Shown here: positions 38,770 through 48,380 of the stretch, in pieces
Numbering within the stretch: position 1 is the first letter of the stretch
Layout of the letters: the number at the start of each line of letters is the position of its first letter
Assembly (NCBI GenBank): GCA_007693765.1
Contig: RECZ01000097.1
Coordinates: 1,862-65,861, forward strand
From: Phycisphaerales bacterium
GTDB lineage: Bacteria > Planctomycetota > Phycisphaerae > Phycisphaerales > UBA1924
Reading direction: 5' to 3'
DNA: 64,000 nucleotides
Notes under the pieces: generated by a model
What the model was told of the DNA's origin: nothing
Seen by the model: only the letters and a program-made list of their open reading frames with translations
The model's database searches: none
Position numbers and translations under genes: made by a program

Positions 38770-39264
38770 TCAGCCCTCCCGGTCCTGGTAGTGCGAGGTG
38801 GCGGCGGCGCCGGGGGTGTACGCGGCGACGGCGCCCTTGCCGCGCACGACGCCGGCGAGTTGGTCGGCGAGGGCGGTGCGGCGGCGTTCGAGTTCGGCGC
38901 GGTCGCGCTCGTCGCGCTCCTCGACGTCGCGGGCCAATTGGTGCAGCGCTTCGACCTTGGCCCGCAGCGCGGCGCGACGATCTTCGGGCAGCGCCTCGGC
39001 CAGCGTCTCCCAGCGGTCGCGCAGGGGCGCGGCCTCCTCGCCCGCCTCGTGGATCGCGTCCACCACGCTCTGCCGCTCGCCGAGCACGCGGAGCAGGGCG
39101 TCGGCGTCGTCGTCGCGGATGTGCGCCGACTGGGCCTCGCTCATGGCCCGGAGGGTGGTGAAGAGCTCGTGCTGTCGCTCGACGAGCCGCTCGAATCGCG
39201 CAACGAGTCGGGCGTCGTCGTGCGACGCCCCGTGGCCGGCCCGGGCGTTGTTGTCGTCGGTCAT
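38770..39264 (-). CDS. Acidic helical protein, tentatively FlgN-like
   Basis: 164 aa with heptad-like LVARFERLVERQHELFTTLRAMSEAQSAHIRDDDADALLRVLGERQ.... AGGAGG RBS. The functional call is pattern-level only. Confidence 0.5.
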   Translation of the reverse strand: MTDDNNARAGHGASHDDARLVARFERLVERQHELFTTLRAMSEAQSAHIRDDDADALLRVLGERQSVVDAIHEAGEEAAPLRDRWETLAEALPEDRRAALRAKVEALHQLARDVEERDERDRAELERRRTALADQLAGVVRGKGAVAAYTPGAAATSHYQDREG

Positions 39265-39315
39265 CCGTGACCTCCTGCGTCGCGGCCTCCGCCGCGCGGT
39301 TCGTGCGTCGGTTCG

Positions 39316-41817
39316 TTAGTCGTCGTCCTGCTCGAAGCGCTGGGCGAGTTCGGTGGAGGCGTCCAACCAGCGCTCCCAGTGGCGGCGTTCGAGGGGCAGG
39401 TCGTCGCGGTCGAAGGCCCCCTCGGGCAGGTCGCGGAAGCGCTGGCGGGCGCGTTCGTTGGCGGTCCTCGCTTCTTCCCATCGGCCCATGCGCGCATAGG
39501 CGTTGACGATTTGCATCATCGCCACCAGCGAGGCGGGGTCGTCGGCGTAGCGGTTGGCGGCGACGTCGTAGTGGGCGATGGCCAGCGCATCGTCGCCGAG
39601 ATCGAAGGCGCAGTCGGCGCGGTAGAAGAACGAGTTGCGCATCGCGATGCGCTCCAGCGAGGACATCCGGCTCTGATCGCGCGCCACGCCCTCGGCGCAG
39701 ACCTGGTCGTAGAGCGACATCGCCTGACGCAGCCGCTCGCGCCGCGTCGACTGCAACTCGTGGCGCCGGCTCTGGGGCATCGCCTCGTTGAGTTCGCGGT
39801 CGATCTCCGCCGCCGAGAGGCGCAGCGAGTCGGCGAGCAGGAAGCGGGTCATCCCGGCGTCGGCGGCGTCCGGATCACGATCGATGGACTCCTGCAGGCG
39901 CTCGATGGCCTCCGGGTAGCGCTCGGCGCGGTAGTGCAGCGCGCCGAGCTCGTTGAGCGCGACTCGGAAGTCGCGGGCGTCCGGGCCCATGACCTCACCA
40001 TCGACGACGAGCGTCAGCAGACGCTCCGCCTCCGGCGCGTTGGCCTGGGAGTCCTCGGCGAGCAGCGATTGCACCAGCGGGACATAGCTCATGAACCCCT
40101 CGCCCGAGGGTGGGTTCTCGCGGATGAGGTCGCGGTAGATCATCGACGCGACCTCGTAGTCGCCCTGCGCGTGGTGTGTCTGCGCCAACCGGAACCGCGC
40201 CCGCGGGCGGCGCTGATCGTTGGGTCGCTGCTGCGCGAACTCCGTGAACGCCCGCAACGCCGATGTGTACTCGCCGGCGCGGTCCCACGAATCGCCGGCG
40301 TTCCACAACGCCGCGGCGTAGGCGTCGTCGTTCTCGCCGATCATCGCCCGCGAATACGCGTAGAAGTGCTCCGCCGCCTCGATGAGGCGTCGGCGGATCT
40401 CCTCCCGCGTGACGGGGTCGAGCAGCGACCAGTCGACCGCGCCGTCGCTCATCACGGCCGGCTCCAGCAGCTCACCCGCGAGGGCCCGCTGCGCCGACGC
40501 GACGCTGCCCAGCGCCCACCCCGGCTCGCGGCCATCCACACGCAGCTTCAACCCCAAAGCGCCGTAGCGGAGAGCGTGCTCAAAATCACCCGCGGCGTAC
40601 CGCTCATCGGCGCGCTCGCGGAGGCTCGTCTCGAGCGCCGCGACCGGGCCCTGCCACTCAACGACCCGCCCGTACGCCTCGAGCGAGCGCTCGAAGCCAC
40701 CGAGCATCGCCTCCACCTCGCCCAAGCCCAGCCACGCCTCGCGGGCGGCGTCGGCCGTGGGAAAATCGGAGATGACCGCCACGAAGCGCTCCCGCGCCTC
40801 GTCGAACTCGGTGCGCGACTGCGCGATTCGCCCCAGCAGCGTCTGCACGGGCGCACGCAGCGCATCGGTCTCGTCAACGGCCTGCTCCGCCTGCTCGAGC
40901 CGGCGGCGGGCGTCCTCGTTCTGGCCGAGGTCGTAGTACGCGCGGCCGAGCAGGTACAGCAGTTCGCCCGTCTCGCGCCCAGGGGCGCCGACAACGTCGA
41001 TCCGCTGGATGGCGCGGAGCAGGTGCTCCACGCTCTCGCTCGGTCGTCCGGACTCGATCCGGAGTTCGGCCTGCCGCGCGATCGCCCAGCGACGCTCGTC
41101 CGGGCTCAAGCCCGGCTCCGCGGCGTACTCGTTGAGCATCGTCAGCGTGAATGGCAGCCGGTCCGCGAGGGCCTCCGGGGCAGCGCCCGTGGCGCGGGCG
41201 TCGCGTTGCTCCTGCAGCGTGAGGCGCACGATGGACCGCAACAGCCGCAGGCGGCGATCGGTGTCGTCACGGGGGATCGTTTCGAGCCGCCGCCGGGCCT
41301 CGCTGATCCGTCCCAGTGAGACGAGCGTTTCGATCATGCGCGTGCGCTGGGTGACTCCCAACTCGCCGAGGTGCTCTTCGGCGCGCTCGTACAACGCCAC
41401 GATGCGCTCGTTATTCTCGGTGTAGTTGAACCCGCCCTCCCGCTGGGCGAGGAACATGGCGTCGGCGCTGAGCATCGCGTGCGTGCCTCGATGCCCCGGG
41501 TTGGCGTGGGGGGCGTCGAGATGGGGCGCGACGAACTGGTTGAGATGGGTCAGCGCCTGCGCGTGCCCATTCTCGGATTCGATCATCGCCTCGGCGGCGC
41601 GCAGGGCCGCGTCGATGTCGTAGGGCGGGCGGCTCATCAGCGCCACCAGCGCCCCGGCCGTGAAGAGCACCACGCCTACCACCAGCGCGGGGACCTGCCA
41701 GAGATCGCGCAGCCTCGGGGGCGACGCCGCGTCTGAGCCCTTGGCGGGCGCGCCGGCGCCCTCGTCCGCGGCGGGGTCGTTCTTCTGGGGCGTCGGGTTG
41801 TCGGTTGATTCATCCAT
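39316..41817 (-). CDS. Membrane-anchored TPR-like repeat protein
   Basis: 833 aa. One TM helix, WQVPALVVGVVLFTAGALVALM, then long helical-repeat content with many ...A...Y......G.Y..A......-type units. Confidence 0.75.
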   Translation of the reverse strand: MDESTDNPTPQKNDPAADEGAGAPAKGSDAASPPRLRDLWQVPALVVGVVLFTAGALVALMSRPPYDIDAALRAAEAMIESENGHAQALTHLNQFVAPHLDAPHANPGHRGTHAMLSADAMFLAQREGGFNYTENNERIVALYERAEEHLGELGVTQRTRMIETLVSLGRISEARRRLETIPRDDTDRRLRLLRSIVRLTLQEQRDARATGAAPEALADRLPFTLTMLNEYAAEPGLSPDERRWAIARQAELRIESGRPSESVEHLLRAIQRIDVVGAPGRETGELLYLLGRAYYDLGQNEDARRRLEQAEQAVDETDALRAPVQTLLGRIAQSRTEFDEARERFVAVISDFPTADAAREAWLGLGEVEAMLGGFERSLEAYGRVVEWQGPVAALETSLRERADERYAAGDFEHALRYGALGLKLRVDGREPGWALGSVASAQRALAGELLEPAVMSDGAVDWSLLDPVTREEIRRRLIEAAEHFYAYSRAMIGENDDAYAAALWNAGDSWDRAGEYTSALRAFTEFAQQRPNDQRRPRARFRLAQTHHAQGDYEVASMIYRDLIRENPPSGEGFMSYVPLVQSLLAEDSQANAPEAERLLTLVVDGEVMGPDARDFRVALNELGALHYRAERYPEAIERLQESIDRDPDAADAGMTRFLLADSLRLSAAEIDRELNEAMPQSRRHELQSTRRERLRQAMSLYDQVCAEGVARDQSRMSSLERIAMRNSFFYRADCAFDLGDDALAIAHYDVAANRYADDPASLVAMMQIVNAYARMGRWEEARTANERARQRFRDLPEGAFDRDDLPLERRHWERWLDASTELAQRFEQDDD

Positions 41818-41941
41818 ACGCGCAGGACACCCGCCGACACGCCGGAGGAGCGGCGCGTCACAGGGCTGTTATCGGGCGGATGAACCCTGATACTGGAGCG
41901 GAACTGCGCTTCTACGCGCAAATCTTGCCCCGAACGCCCGC

Positions 41942-43540
41942 TCAATCCGTCCGGTCGGGCGGCTCCGGCGCCCGCATCAGCACGACCGTCCGGGAGAGGA
42001 TGTCGCCCGGGTGGCGCCGGCGGGGATCGATCAGCACGAAGAGCGTCAGCGGCGGGCACATGTACTTGAGGCCGTTGCGCATGAACGCCTGCATCGGCGA
42101 GGGGCGGGCGCCCTCCAGATTGAAGGTGCGGCAGCGGGTGAGGGCCTTGCCCAACGTCCGCCCCGTGATCGCCTCGCAGATCGTGCTGTGCACGATGGCG
42201 AGGCCGACGCCCACCAGCAGGGCGATGGCGCCGCGGATGCCGGCCTCCGGCGAGAGCAAGAGCGCGCCGCCGACGTCCGCCAGCGGGGCGCGGACGAGCA
42301 GCGTGGCCAGCGCCACCGGGGCCGCGACATCCACCAGCGCCGCGACCACGCGGCGCCAAGCGTCGGCGAGGCACATGCCGTCGGGGATGGTCACGATCTG
42401 CCTGTCGACGGGGTCGGGACGGAGCACGAAGATGAGGACGGTCAGCACGATCGCGCCCATGAGCAGGGCGAGGGTCTGGATGTCGCGCCCGGAGACGATC
42501 GGCTGCGTCTGCGCCACCCCCGCGTGCAGTGTCTGGCCGGAGACCGACGACACGACCACCGTGTACAGCCTCGGGTCGGCCTCCGGGCCGCGCCACACGA
42601 CGCCGACGTTCTCCCCCACCCCCACCACCCCGACGCTGTCGCCCTCGTGGGCGACGCGGGCGATCTCGTGGGCGCCGCTGGAGCGCACGAGGTGCAGACG
42701 AACATGGCCCCCCGCTTCGAGCGTGGCGCCGACGATCTGGCCGCCGGCGGCGAGCGCGAGCGTGGCGCCCGCGGGGCCCGGGAGCGTTTCATCGACCCAC
42801 GGCGGCGATATCCGCGCGCTCGCGGCCTCGTGATCGCGCCCTGTGAACGACTCGTTGGGCGCCCAGTGCACGCTCCACGCCCCGGCGTCGGGCTCGGCGC
42901 CGATCCCGATGAGCCCGACGCGGCGCTCCTGCACGATTATCGACCACGCGCGTGCGGCGTCGAACGAAGCGGGCAGGGCCACATCGCGCCACGCGGTCCC
43001 GCGCAGCGCGAGCAGCCGCGGGGTTGGCGGCTCTTGCGCCGTGTCAACGATGAGGGCCATGGCCCCGGCGCCGGTCGCGGCGAAGGCGACAAGGTCGCCC
43101 TCCGGCGGCAGCGAGGGCTTTACTTCCGGGTCACGCCCGCGGGGCAGGTAGACGTAGAAACCGCTGTCCTGACCCGTCTGCGCCGATTCGACGCGGACGG
43201 ACTCCACCCGCCGCTGCGGTCGCCCGTCGTGCTTGAACTCGAGCACGAAGAAGACTCGCTCCCCCCACGCCCCCACCGCGACCGGCACGCTGCGGAGGCG
43301 CGGGCCGAAGCGCATGGAGCCTGGGGGCGCCGCGGCGGGCATGTGGCAGAGGATGGTCATGGCCCCGGCGTCGTCGGCCGGCGGGAGCGCGATCCACGCG
43401 TGGGCCCCGCCGCCGGCGCCGGGGAGCAACGCCGCCGGCTCGGCGCCGGCGCGCGCGGGCGCAGCCCAGAGCGCGGCGAGCGCCGGCACGACGAGAGCGT
43501 GCAGACACGAGCGGGGTGTGATGTGGGGCCGTCGTCCCAT
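41942..43540 (-). CDS. Secreted/membrane protein with C-terminal RDD-family domain
   Basis: Start MGRRPHITPRSCLHALVVPALAALWAAPARA at 43540. C-terminus ...WRRVVAALVDVAAPV...GRTLGKALTRCR...FMRNGLKY...HPGDILSRTVVL. Confidence 0.7.
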   Translation of the reverse strand: MGRRPHITPRSCLHALVVPALAALWAAPARAGAEPAALLPGAGGGAHAWIALPPADDAGAMTILCHMPAAAPPGSMRFGPRLRSVPVAVGAWGERVFFVLEFKHDGRPQRRVESVRVESAQTGQDSGFYVYLPRGRDPEVKPSLPPEGDLVAFAATGAGAMALIVDTAQEPPTPRLLALRGTAWRDVALPASFDAARAWSIIVQERRVGLIGIGAEPDAGAWSVHWAPNESFTGRDHEAASARISPPWVDETLPGPAGATLALAAGGQIVGATLEAGGHVRLHLVRSSGAHEIARVAHEGDSVGVVGVGENVGVVWRGPEADPRLYTVVVSSVSGQTLHAGVAQTQPIVSGRDIQTLALLMGAIVLTVLIFVLRPDPVDRQIVTIPDGMCLADAWRRVVAALVDVAAPVALATLLVRAPLADVGGALLLSPEAGIRGAIALLVGVGLAIVHSTICEAITGRTLGKALTRCRTFNLEGARPSPMQAFMRNGLKYMCPPLTLFVLIDPRRRHPGDILSRTVVLMRAPEPPDRTD

Positions 43541-43596
43541 GCAGGGCGGATGATACGCCGCGGCTCGATCTGAATCGGAGCGAGGCGGCGGCGTGC

Positions 43597-44484
43597 TCAC
43601 TCGGGGCGTTGCGCGATCGCGGCCTGCTGGCAGTCCTCGTCGAGCACGTCGACCTCGCCGGCGTTGAGGGCGTCGAGGAGGTACTCGAAATCGAAGACAT
43701 CCTCGGCGATGCGCCCGCGGACGATGCCGTCGCTGGGGTCGTAGAGGTTGACGCGGAGCTCGGTATCGGACTCGGCGTGGCGGATGATGATGCGGGTGGC
43801 GATGTGCGGGCCGAAGGCCGCGGCGCGCACGGCGAGGCGCTCGTGGTTCTGCAGGTCCGCGGTCAGCCACGCCTCGCCGCCGGGAGCGTCGAGCATCTCC
43901 ATGCGCACGGGGAGGTGCGTTGCGGGGTCGATGAGCACGCGGAGCGTGCCGAGGCGCCCGGGCGTCTCGACGGCGAGCGTGCCGTCCCGCGCCCACGATG
44001 TTCGCCCGGCGCCCTCGCGCTCGGGCAGCGGCGTGACGCCCAGCAGGTCGATGATGTCTAGCGGGTGGGCGGGCAGGCCGAGCGATCGCGCGCACGGGCG
44101 CCCGAGGTTCTCGTGCAAGCCGACCGCGACGCGGGTGGGCTCGCCACGCTCGAAGAGCCAGTGCCGGGTGTCGTCGCAGCCGAGGTAGAGCACCATCTCG
44201 CCGAGCTTGCCCAGCGAGAGCGCCAGCCTGTCGGGCGCGAGCAGTTGCAGGTGCCCGTCGCCCTGCTCACTGCGCCGGCGCCCGTCCTGATCGACGTAGC
44301 GCACTTCGACGACGGCCCGCGCCCACACGCGCTCGAGTCGGTTCGCGCGCTCGTTGTAGGCCCGCGCCGTCTCGAGGTACGCGGGCGCCGGGGCGTCGGT
44401 GTCGACGCGGTCGCGCTGCTGCCCGGCGCACCCGGCCAGCAGGGCCAGAGTCGCCAACGTCCACAGAGCCGGCTTGCGCCTCAT
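43597..44484 (-). CDS. Lipoprotein of unknown function
   Basis: MRRKPALWTLATLALLAGC lipobox. 295 aa. ATGA overlap with the upstream gene. Confidence 0.65.
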   Translation of the reverse strand: MRRKPALWTLATLALLAGCAGQQRDRVDTDAPAPAYLETARAYNERANRLERVWARAVVEVRYVDQDGRRRSEQGDGHLQLLAPDRLALSLGKLGEMVLYLGCDDTRHWLFERGEPTRVAVGLHENLGRPCARSLGLPAHPLDIIDLLGVTPLPEREGAGRTSWARDGTLAVETPGRLGTLRVLIDPATHLPVRMEMLDAPGGEAWLTADLQNHERLAVRAAAFGPHIATRIIIRHAESDTELRVNLYDPSDGIVRGRIAEDVFDFEYLLDALNAGEVDVLDEDCQQAAIAQRPE

Positions 44485-45035
44485 TCGTCGCCCCGCATCA
44501 CGGCGCGGAGTCGCTCGGAGGCGCGGGCGAGGGCGACGGGGTCGAGGCCGGGGTCTTCGACGCGCAGCGGGGCCGACTCGGGCTCGGCGCCGCGTTCGCG
44601 CACCAGCATCTCGCCCTCGGGCGAGCCCTCGTGGCGGAGCAGCCGCTTGCGGCAGAGGATCAGCGCCAGCACGAATCGGAACGCGATGCGCCCGGCGCGC
44701 TCGGCCGCCGTCTCGCCCATCGACGCGGCGCCCTCATCGTCGCCGAGTTGGTGGAAGAGCTCGAGCAGCGCATCGTCGTCGATGAATCGTTTGACGGGGG
44801 CGTTGGGCTCGGGCTGCGTGGTGCGCCAGAAGGCGTAGACGCGCCCGGCGTGCTCGCCGCGCTCGCCCTTGAGCCACGCGTCGATGGAGAAGTCGATGCG
44901 GTCGAAGCCCTCCTCCTGTGCGCGCTCGGCGAGAGCGACGACGATGGGCTCGCCGGGGACGAGCGCTCGCCCGGTGGCGGCGCAGACGCCGGTGGCGCGG
45001 GCGATGTCGTACGTGGGGCCGGTCATCCTTGACAT
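44481..45035 (-). CDS. Hypothetical conserved-looking cytoplasmic protein
   Basis: 184 aa with normal composition, in an operon-like position. I recognise no motif. Confidence 0.6.
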   Translation of the reverse strand: MSRMTGPTYDIARATGVCAATGRALVPGEPIVVALAERAQEEGFDRIDFSIDAWLKGERGEHAGRVYAFWRTTQPEPNAPVKRFIDDDALLELFHQLGDDEGAASMGETAAERAGRIAFRFVLALILCRKRLLRHEGSPEGEMLVRERGAEPESAPLRVEDPGLDPVALARASERLRAVMRGDE

Positions 45036-45045
45036 GTGAAGGAGT

Positions 45046-45312
45046 CTACCCGGCTTCGAACATGCGACGCGAGGTCCCCTCGCGGCCGATCAAGGCCCGC
45101 ACGTGGGCGCCGCACCGCGGGCAGGCGCCCTCGTAGGCCGTCCGGGAGGCGTTGCGGTACATCCGGCCGTAGGCGTGGCAGCACCGGAACCAGACGCTGA
45201 GCCACGGATTCCCTCGCGGCCCGCCCGACGCCCCCCCCGCCCCGGGCTGGCGCAGCGTGTGGGGCGGGGCCACCACGCCGGGGATGTCGATGATGTCGCG
45301 CGGGTCGTGCAC
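45046..45312 (-). CDS. Small Cys-rich (zinc-ribbon-like) protein
   Basis: 88 aa: ...WLSVWFRCCHAYGRMYRNASRTAYEGACPRCGAHV.... It sits 11 nt upstream of the next gene in the same orientation. Confidence 0.5.
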   Translation of the reverse strand: MHDPRDIIDIPGVVAPPHTLRQPGAGGASGGPRGNPWLSVWFRCCHAYGRMYRNASRTAYEGACPRCGAHVRALIGREGTSRRMFEAG

Positions 45313-45356
45313 GGTTCGGATATCGACCCGCGACGCGGGCCGGCTGCAGCTGCAAA

Positions 45357-45959
45357 TCAGACACAGGCGCGTTCGGTGCGCGCCGTGGCCTCGCCCAGCG
45401 CCGCCACCAAGGCGTCGGCACGCTCCATCGGGTTCTCACCCCCCTGCTCGATGACCAGCGGGGCGTTCACGGCCACGTTCCACCGGGAGGCGAGCGCGGT
45501 GGCCTTGGTGAGCACGGCGGCGATCGCCAAGTCGCTTCTGAGATGGCGGTTGGTGATGGGCGCGAGGGTTTCGAGCAACGCGGCGAGATCGGCGCAGGCC
45601 TCGATGGTGCGCAGCGGCGCCGCGGCGGCGTCGCGGGCGGCCTCGGGTAGTTCGTCGCGACGGCGGGGATCATCCTCGGGCAGGCGCATGATCTCGTTGA
45701 GTCGGCCGTAGGCGCGGGCGTCTTCGTCCGCGAGGCGGAGGAAATCGGCGCGTCGCTCCTGCAGGCGCGTGGCGGCGGCGCGGAGGGCGTCGTCGTGCTC
45801 GGCGAGGCTCTTCTTCCCGATGGAGTACGCGACGACCATCGAGGCGAGGGCCGCGCCGAGCGCGCCGGCGATCGAGGAGACGGCGCCGCCGCCGGGCGTG
45901 GGCGTCTTGGCGCCGAGCGCATCGAGGAACCCGCCGATCGTTTCTGTTGTGATGTCCAC
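45357..45959 (-). CDS. Cyclodeaminase/cyclohydrolase family protein (FtcD C-terminal-like)
   Basis: FLDALGAKTPTPGGGAVSSIAGALGAALASMVVAYSIGKK is the family's characteristic N-terminal motif. Confidence 0.82.
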   Translation of the reverse strand: MDITTETIGGFLDALGAKTPTPGGGAVSSIAGALGAALASMVVAYSIGKKSLAEHDDALRAAATRLQERRADFLRLADEDARAYGRLNEIMRLPEDDPRRRDELPEAARDAAAAPLRTIEACADLAALLETLAPITNRHLRSDLAIAAVLTKATALASRWNVAVNAPLVIEQGGENPMERADALVAALGEATARTERACV

Positions 45960-45984
45960 GGCGCGATGGTAACCGACGCGGGGC

Positions 45985-48117
45985 TCAGGGTGTCGGGGAC
46001 ACGGCGCGCACCACGCCGGGGGCGTTGGTGGTCTTGGCGCGTTCCTCGTCGCGGATGGCGTCGCGCAGGCCGCGCCGGTCGCTGTCGTCGGCGACGCCGT
46101 CGGCGTTGAGGTCGGGCGGCGAGGGGAGGGCGTGGTAGGCGTAGAGGTCGCGGACGTCGACGACGCCGTCGTCGTTGAGGTCGTACTCGGTGACGCCGAT
46201 GGTGAACGCGAAGGGAGAGACGATGGCCTCGCGCTCGCGCACCTCGTTGCCCGCGACCACGCGCCAGAAGTACGTCTGGCCGACTTCGAGCAGCTCGTCG
46301 GGCACGTCGAAGAACGTGCCGCCGCTGAGCAGCGGGATGACGAACTCGCTGACGATCGGGTCGGCGAAGTCGGCGCTCGTTGCGAGCTGCACGGTGTAGG
46401 CGAGGGCGTTGGGCGATTCGTCCCACTGCAGGCTGACGGGCAGGCCGATGGTGGCGCCGTCGGCGGGCGTGCGCAGGGCGAAGGCGCCCGGGCCCGGGCG
46501 GGTGGTGAAGGTCGCGACGGCGGGCGTGGAGCCGCGCACGTCGAGGGAATTGATCGCGCTGACGCGCCAGAAGTAGGTGACGCCGTCGTCGATGTCGTCC
46601 GCGGTGAGCAGCCGCATGGGCTGCGTGGTCACGACGTTCACCACGCGCTGTGCGAAGCCGCTGTCTGTCGCCACCTCGACGCGGTACTCCTTCGCGTCGA
46701 TCGCGGGCGACCACGTGAGCACGACGGGGATGAACGCGGCGTCGTCGCCGTCCGAGGGCGTCAGCAGCGTGAACGGGCCGGGCGGGCCCAGCATCCGGAA
46801 CTGCGCCGTCTGCGGCGACGCGGTGCGCGAGCCGACCGCGTTGGTCGCGACGACGCGCCAGTGGTACGTCGCGCCCTCGTTGAGCGCGACGCCGATGGTG
46901 TACGTGGTGTCGGTGAGCGCCGGCTCCGCGACGATGGTGTTCGTGAGGGCGGCGTCGGTGGCCACGACGAGGCTGTAGGCCTCGGCGCCATCCGAATCGT
47001 TCCACGCCAGCGTGACGGGGCCGACGAGGCCCTGCGTCGCGTTGCTCGCGGGCGCGGTGACGGCGAAGGGGCCGGGCGCGGGCAGGACGACGAACACGAA
47101 AGATTCACCGGAGACGCGCTCGGCGCCGGAGTTGCGCAGCGCGGTCACACGCCAGTGGTACGTCGCGCCGGGCGCGAGGATGTCGGGCGGCGTCGTGTAC
47201 GACAGCCCGGAAAGCGTGGCCGTGTGCACGATGTCCGCGAAGCCGGAGTCGGAGGCGATCTCGACGCGGTAGGAGGCCGCGTTGTTCGATCGCGTCCACG
47301 TGAGCGTGGGCGAGAGGCCCAGGCCTGTCTGGTTGTTCGGGGGCGATTGCAACGTGAACGCCCCGGGCGGGTTGGGCGTCTCCGATGGGGGTGGGTCGCC
47401 GCCGTTGCCGCCGCCACCACCGTTGCCGTTGGGGGGCGGAACGACCGGGCCGCCACCGCCGCCGCCGGAGGTCACGAGCAAGCCGTTGCCGAGGACGCCG
47501 CCGTTGCTCTGGCCGGGCGGGCCGTTGCTTCTGCCGTCGGCGTTGGCCCCGTTGAGCCCCTGCATGGGGTTCGACGTGCGGCCGGACGCCACGCCGCGCC
47601 TCGAGATCGGCGGCTGCGCAAAGAACGGCGTGCTCTGCTGACCGAGGGCGGCCTCGGCGATCTGGCCGGTGCGCTCTGCGCTGTCTTCGGGGACGCCCGA
47701 GGTCTCGGGCTCGGTTTGGCGGCTCACGTTCCGCCGTGCGTTGGCGCGGGCGTTGGCCGCGGCGCCCTGCGCGAGCGCCTCATCGCGGGCGCGACGCAGC
47801 GCCTCGGCCCGGGCGGCGGGGTCGGCGGGGGTGAGCGTCTGCGGTCGCTGGATCTGGCTGGTGATGGCCTCGCGGGCGCCGCGTCCTCGGGATGGGTCGG
47901 CGGGCTGGCGGGCGGTGGGTCGCGGCGGCGGCTGAGCAAAGCGCGTCGACGATCGCGCAGAGGGCGCCACGCGATCCTGCGCGGCGGTGTCGCGGGACTC
48001 GGGCGGCACGAGCACGACCGGGGAATCGGCCCCGAGCCCACAGCCGCGCTGGAGCATCCCGAAAAAGATCGCGCCGAGAATGCACGCGAGGATGATGGCC
48101 CAGCTCGATCGTCCCAT
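45985..48117 (-). CDS. Membrane-anchored/secreted protein with 4 tandem Ig/FN3-like repeats of about 95 aa and a dockerin-like C-terminus
   Basis: TM helix WAIILACILGAIFFGML, then a low-complexity linker. Four repeats follow the pattern PG.F.L..P...L.W......A..Y.V..A.D..F......G.TY.WRV.A.N. C-terminus DLNDDGVVDVRDLYAY...DLNADGVADDSD. Confidence 0.8.
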   Translation of the reverse strand: MGRSSWAIILACILGAIFFGMLQRGCGLGADSPVVLVPPESRDTAAQDRVAPSARSSTRFAQPPPRPTARQPADPSRGRGAREAITSQIQRPQTLTPADPAARAEALRRARDEALAQGAAANARANARRNVSRQTEPETSGVPEDSAERTGQIAEAALGQQSTPFFAQPPISRRGVASGRTSNPMQGLNGANADGRSNGPPGQSNGGVLGNGLLVTSGGGGGGPVVPPPNGNGGGGGNGGDPPPSETPNPPGAFTLQSPPNNQTGLGLSPTLTWTRSNNAASYRVEIASDSGFADIVHTATLSGLSYTTPPDILAPGATYHWRVTALRNSGAERVSGESFVFVVLPAPGPFAVTAPASNATQGLVGPVTLAWNDSDGAEAYSLVVATDAALTNTIVAEPALTDTTYTIGVALNEGATYHWRVVATNAVGSRTASPQTAQFRMLGPPGPFTLLTPSDGDDAAFIPVVLTWSPAIDAKEYRVEVATDSGFAQRVVNVVTTQPMRLLTADDIDDGVTYFWRVSAINSLDVRGSTPAVATFTTRPGPGAFALRTPADGATIGLPVSLQWDESPNALAYTVQLATSADFADPIVSEFVIPLLSGGTFFDVPDELLEVGQTYFWRVVAGNEVREREAIVSPFAFTIGVTEYDLNDDGVVDVRDLYAYHALPSPPDLNADGVADDSDRRGLRDAIRDEERAKTTNAPGVVRAVSPTP

Positions 48118-48380
48118 ATCTGGTTCCTGCCTGAGGTGTGCGGCCCGACTCGGGCGCGATGCACCCCAAGCATGCTACGGGTTGCCCCACATGCAATACG
48201 CCTTGGCTCCTGACAAGTTCCGATCGGGGGGCCTGGACGGGTTGGGCGGGTGGGCATGTCTGGCACGCCCGCTGGTGGCCCGTGGCGCGTCGCGGCGGGT
48301 GTGACAACGAGAAAAATCGCCGGGATGAGTGCCGGTCAAATACTTGACAGGGTCCACCTTAACGCCCATCATCGCGCGCC

